Shown: positions 60,734-64,000 of the stretch, one piece after another | How positions within the stretch are numbered: position 1 is the first letter of the stretch | Layout of the letters: each line of letters starts with the position of its first letter | NCBI GenBank assembly: GCA_963832165.1 | Contig: CAWHTE010000007.1 | Location: forward strand, 896,001-960,000 | DNA: 64,000 bases | DNA from: an uncultured delta proteobacterium | Lineage (GTDB): Bacteria > Myxococcota_A > UBA9160 > SMWR01 | Reading direction: 5' to 3' | Notes under the pieces: model-generated | Told to the model about the DNA's origin: nothing | The model's input: only the letters and a program-made list of their open reading frames with translations | The model's database searches: none | Translations under genes and position numbers: made by a program

Positions 60734-61537
60734 GTGGCCGAGCCCGCCGTCATCGTCGAGAAGGACGGACACGTCCTCACCGTCACGCTGAACCGCCCCG
60801 AGAAGCGCAACGCGATCAACTGCGAGTCGATGTGCCGGCTCTACGACGCCTGGAAGGAGCTCGACCAGGACGACGAGCTGCGCGTCGCGATCCTCACCGG
60901 CAAGGGCACCACGTTCTGCGCCGGCATGGATCTCTCGGAGATCGCCAAGATGAGCTCGGGCAAGCCCGAGAACGAGTGGATCGAGCGCGCGCTGAAGGAG
61001 CCCGGACTGATCTATGGCGCGTGGCTCAAGACCTATCGGCCGACCAAGCCCGTGATCCTCGCCGTCGAAGGCTTCGCGCGCGCGGGCGGCACGGAGATCC
61101 TCCAGGGCACCGACATCCGCGTCGCGGGCGAGAGCGCCGTGTTCGGCGTGACGGAGGTGCAGCGCAGCCTCTTCCCGATGGCGGGATCGACGGTGCGGCT
61201 GCGCCGACAGATCGGCTATGCGGTGGCGGCCGAGATGCTGATCTGCGGCGAGGACCTGCCCGCGAAGCGCGCGTACGAGCTCGGGCTGATCAACCACGTC
61301 GTGCCCGACGGGCAAGCGCTCGCGAAGGCCAGGGAGATCGCGGGGCGCATCGCGAAGAACGGGCCGCTGGCCGTCAAGGCGATCGTCGCGACGCTGCGCC
61401 AGACGGAGACGCTTCCGGAGGAGGAGGCGTTCACGATCGAGCAGAAGCACGGCATGGTCGTGATGGCTTCGGAGGACGCGAAGGAGGGACCGCGCGCCTT
61501 CCTCGAGAAACGCGCCCCCGTGTTCCGCGGGCGGTAG
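60734..61537 (+). CDS. Crotonase/enoyl-CoA hydratase (EchA19-like)
   Basis: LNRPEKRNA, FCAGMDL, AGGTEILQGTDIRVAGESA, EDAKEGPRAFLEKR. Confidence 0.9.
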   Translation: MAEPAVIVEKDGHVLTVTLNRPEKRNAINCESMCRLYDAWKELDQDDELRVAILTGKGTTFCAGMDLSEIAKMSSGKPENEWIERALKEPGLIYGAWLKTYRPTKPVILAVEGFARAGGTEILQGTDIRVAGESAVFGVTEVQRSLFPMAGSTVRLRRQIGYAVAAEMLICGEDLPAKRAYELGLINHVVPDGQALAKAREIAGRIAKNGPLAVKAIVATLRQTETLPEEEAFTIEQKHGMVVMASEDAKEGPRAFLEKRAPVFRGR

Positions 61538-61549
61538 CGGCCGGATCTG

Positions 61550-62710
61550 TCAGGCGCGGAAGCGGCGGAAGAAGGCGCGGATGTCCTCGAGCAGGAGCTG
61601 TGGCTGCTCCAGGGCCGCGAAGTGGCCGCCGCGCGGCATGTCGGTCCAGTGCACGACGTTGAACGCGGCTTCGCACCAGCTGCGCGGTGACGGCAGAACC
61701 TCCTTCGGGAAGCACGCGTGTCCGACGGGCGTCTCGAGGCGCGGCTGCGGCAACACGCTTCCCGCGCGCATGGCCTCGTAGTAGAACCGTGCCGATGACG
61801 CACCCGTGTTGGTGATCCAGTAGATCATCACGTTCGTGAGCAGGACATCGCGCGAGATCGCGTTCTCGATCACGCCGTCGCAGTCGGTCCAGGTGCGGAA
61901 CTTCTCGGCGATCCAGCCGAGCTGTGCCACGGGCGAGTCCGCGAGGCCGAGCCCGAGGGTCTCGGGCTTCGTCGACTGGATGCCCACGTAGCCCGACTCG
62001 CCGGCCGAGTACGCCTGGAAGCGCTTCCACTTCTCGCGCTCCGAAGCCGGAAGCTCGTCGAGCTTCGCGATCGCATCCGGCGTCGGCGGCATCGCGAACA
62101 GGAGGTTCAGGTGGATCGCGAAGCAGTGAGCCGGGTCTTCTCGAGCGAGCCAGTTGCTGACGAACCAGCCCCAGTCTCCGCCCTGGGCGCCGTAGCGCTC
62201 ATAGCCGAGCCGGGACATCAGCGTTGCCCAGGCGCGGGCGGTGCGACGGGGCTCCCAGCCCTTCGCGTTGTTAGGCTGGGAGAATCCGTAGCCCGGCAGC
62301 GACGGGACGACGACGTGGAAGGCGTCCTTGGGATCACCGCCGTGGGCCGCGGGATCCGTGAGAGGACCGATCAGATCGACGAACTCCACGACGCCGCCCG
62401 GCCAGCCGTGCGTGAGGATCAGCGGAGTCGCATCGCGCACCGCAGAGCGCACGTGATAGAAGTGGATGTCGTGCCCGTCGATCTCTGTGCGGTACTGCGG
62501 CCAGGCGTTGAGGCGCGCTTCGTGCTTGCGCCAGTCGTACTCTTCGAGCCAGTAGCGGACCAGATCGCGCAGGTAGGCCTGCTCGATGCCGTACGCCCAG
62601 GTGGAGTCGTCGAGGGCGGCGGGCCATCGCGTGTTGCGCAGGCGTGCGTGGAGATCGTCCAGCACCTCGTCGTCGACGTGGATCTCGAAGGATTCGATGG
62701 ATTTGCTCAT
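61550..62710 (-). CDS. Epoxide hydrolase (microsomal type)
   Basis: YDWRKHEARLN, LTHGWPG, PSLPGYGFS, QGGDWG, GGHFAALEQP. Confidence 0.92.
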   Translation of the reverse strand: MSKSIESFEIHVDDEVLDDLHARLRNTRWPAALDDSTWAYGIEQAYLRDLVRYWLEEYDWRKHEARLNAWPQYRTEIDGHDIHFYHVRSAVRDATPLILTHGWPGGVVEFVDLIGPLTDPAAHGGDPKDAFHVVVPSLPGYGFSQPNNAKGWEPRRTARAWATLMSRLGYERYGAQGGDWGWFVSNWLAREDPAHCFAIHLNLLFAMPPTPDAIAKLDELPASEREKWKRFQAYSAGESGYVGIQSTKPETLGLGLADSPVAQLGWIAEKFRTWTDCDGVIENAISRDVLLTNVMIYWITNTGASSARFYYEAMRAGSVLPQPRLETPVGHACFPKEVLPSPRSWCEAAFNVVHWTDMPRGGHFAALEQPQLLLEDIRAFFRRFRA

Positions 62711-62733
62711 CGGGTTGTGATTTCCTGACGCCC

Positions 62734-63624
62734 ATGAAAAGCGATCAATTGAAGTTCGTCACCGATATGCTCCGCAACGCGCCGGCCGTCAACGGTGCCG
62801 ACGTCCTCGCCATGCGCAAGAACATGGAGGCGGTCGTCGGCGCGATGCCGCCTCCCGAGGGCGTCTCCTTGAGCCCGGTCGATGCGAATGGAGTTCCGGC
62901 CGAGTGGACGGTGGCCGACGGCGCGCGCGACGACGTCGCGATCGTCTGCTTCCACGGCGGGGGCTACGTGATGGGGTCGCTCCTCACCCACCGCGGCCAC
63001 TGCGCGCGCCTCTCGCACGCGGCGCGCGCGCGCGTGCTGAGCGTGGACTACCGCCTCGGCCCCGAGCATCCACACCCGGCGGCTGTCGAGGATGCTGTCG
63101 CTGCAGTGCGTTTCGCGCGCGAGAGCGGCATCGCGCCGGGGCGCACCGCCGTCGCGGGCGACTCGGCAGGGGGCGGCCTCACGCTCGCAACCCTCGTTGC
63201 TTTGCGCGATGTGGGCTACCCCGCTCTGGCCGCGGGCCTGTGCATCTCTCCTTGGACCGATCTGGCGTTCACGGGCGATTCGATCGTGACGAAGGCTGCC
63301 GAGGACCCGATGGTGCGCGCCGCCGATCTCGCGCTGATGGCGAACGCCTATCTCGCGGGTCGCGACGCGACGACGCCGCTCGCCTCGCCGCTCTACGCAA
63401 ACCTCGCGGGCCTGCCGCCGCTGCTGCTGCAGGTCGGGAGCGCCGAGATCCTGCTGGACGACGCCGTGCGCGTCGCCGAGCGTGCGCGCGCAGCCGGCGT
63501 CGAGGTCGAGCTGCGCGTGTGGCAGGACATGTTCCACGTCTGGCACGCCTTCGCACAGATCCTGCCCGAGGGGCAGCAGGCGGTGGAAGAGATGGCGCAC
63601 TTCCTCGAGAAGCGCCTCGCCTGA
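62734..63624 (+). CDS. HSL-family esterase/lipase
   Basis: FHGGGY, VDYRLGPEH, GDSAGG, EILLDD, MFHVW. Confidence 0.92.
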   Translation: MKSDQLKFVTDMLRNAPAVNGADVLAMRKNMEAVVGAMPPPEGVSLSPVDANGVPAEWTVADGARDDVAIVCFHGGGYVMGSLLTHRGHCARLSHAARARVLSVDYRLGPEHPHPAAVEDAVAAVRFARESGIAPGRTAVAGDSAGGGLTLATLVALRDVGYPALAAGLCISPWTDLAFTGDSIVTKAAEDPMVRAADLALMANAYLAGRDATTPLASPLYANLAGLPPLLLQVGSAEILLDDAVRVAERARAAGVEVELRVWQDMFHVWHAFAQILPEGQQAVEEMAHFLEKRLA

Positions 63625-63635
63625 CGCCACCGCGT

Positions 63636-64000
63636 TCAAGCCTCATCACCGCCGAACACACCGCCTAGCACCGGGTTGGTGGCGTCATCGATGCCCCGGT
63701 GGCGCTGGCGCGCGGCGACGCGCCACGGGTCGCCTTCGGGCGGGAGCACCCAGAAGCGGTTCTCGCGGATCGCCGCGAGCGTGCGCTCGGCGAGCACGCG
63801 CGGGTCGACGCCCAACGAGGCCACGTTGCTCACGGCGGCTTCCACCTGCCTCGTCTCCTCGGGCAGATCCTCCTCGGCTTCGCGCTTGAGATCCGGGGGC
63901 CGATTGCGCCCGGCCTGGAAGATGCGCGTATTCACGAGCTCGGGGCACACGACGGAGACGCCGACCGGGCAGCTCTCGCGCGCTGCGAGCTCGTGGAAGA
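63636..64000 (-). CDS. SDR family oxidoreductase, C-terminal part (5' end outside the window)
   Basis: HELAA..VGVSVVCPELVNTRIF..RNRP..LAAIRENRFWV. Confidence 0.7.
   Translation of the reverse strand, partial: FHELAARESCPVGVSVVCPELVNTRIFQAGRNRPPDLKREAEEDLPEETRQVEAAVSNVASLGVDPRVLAERTLAAIRENRFWVLPPEGDPWRVAARQRHRGIDDATNPVLGGVFGGDEA

Overview
High-GC bacterial chromosomal window with about 54 protein-coding genes; gene content suggests a Myxococcota/deltaproteobacterial genome (inference only). I found no rRNA, tRNA, CRISPR array or transposase. Housekeeping genes: glpD, addAB, mazG, msrA, mutM, NFACT/RqcH, corA. There are many lipid/sterol-type catabolic enzymes (two P450s, LLMs, SDRs, a crotonase, hydrolases). 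Several genes are split by small frameshifts, most likely long-read errors. Best candidate for an undescribed system: a five-gene secreted DUF11 operon (30426-39999). Two pilin-like proteins and a ~1,760-aa outer-membrane beta-barrel protein begin with an N-terminal 'NTATV...SNT' segment matching the last two strands of a complete DUF11 domain. The pilins and a Cys-rich tip-like protein end in a DUF11 domain that lacks those strands but keeps the Lys/Asp isopeptide residues. This suggests a donor-strand-complemented, possibly self-crosslinking pilus, with an anchor/usher, a cap and a catalytically dead acceptor (chaperone-like). Other highlights: a stand-alone divergent tubulin/FtsZ-family GTPase with a HEAT-like tail (26520-28100); a stress/glycan gene cluster with three sigma54 promoters around a nucleotidyltransferase-BON-phosphoesterase module (51863-58941); GTAG-family REP elements that supply stop codons; and two orphan ExeA-like ATPases.
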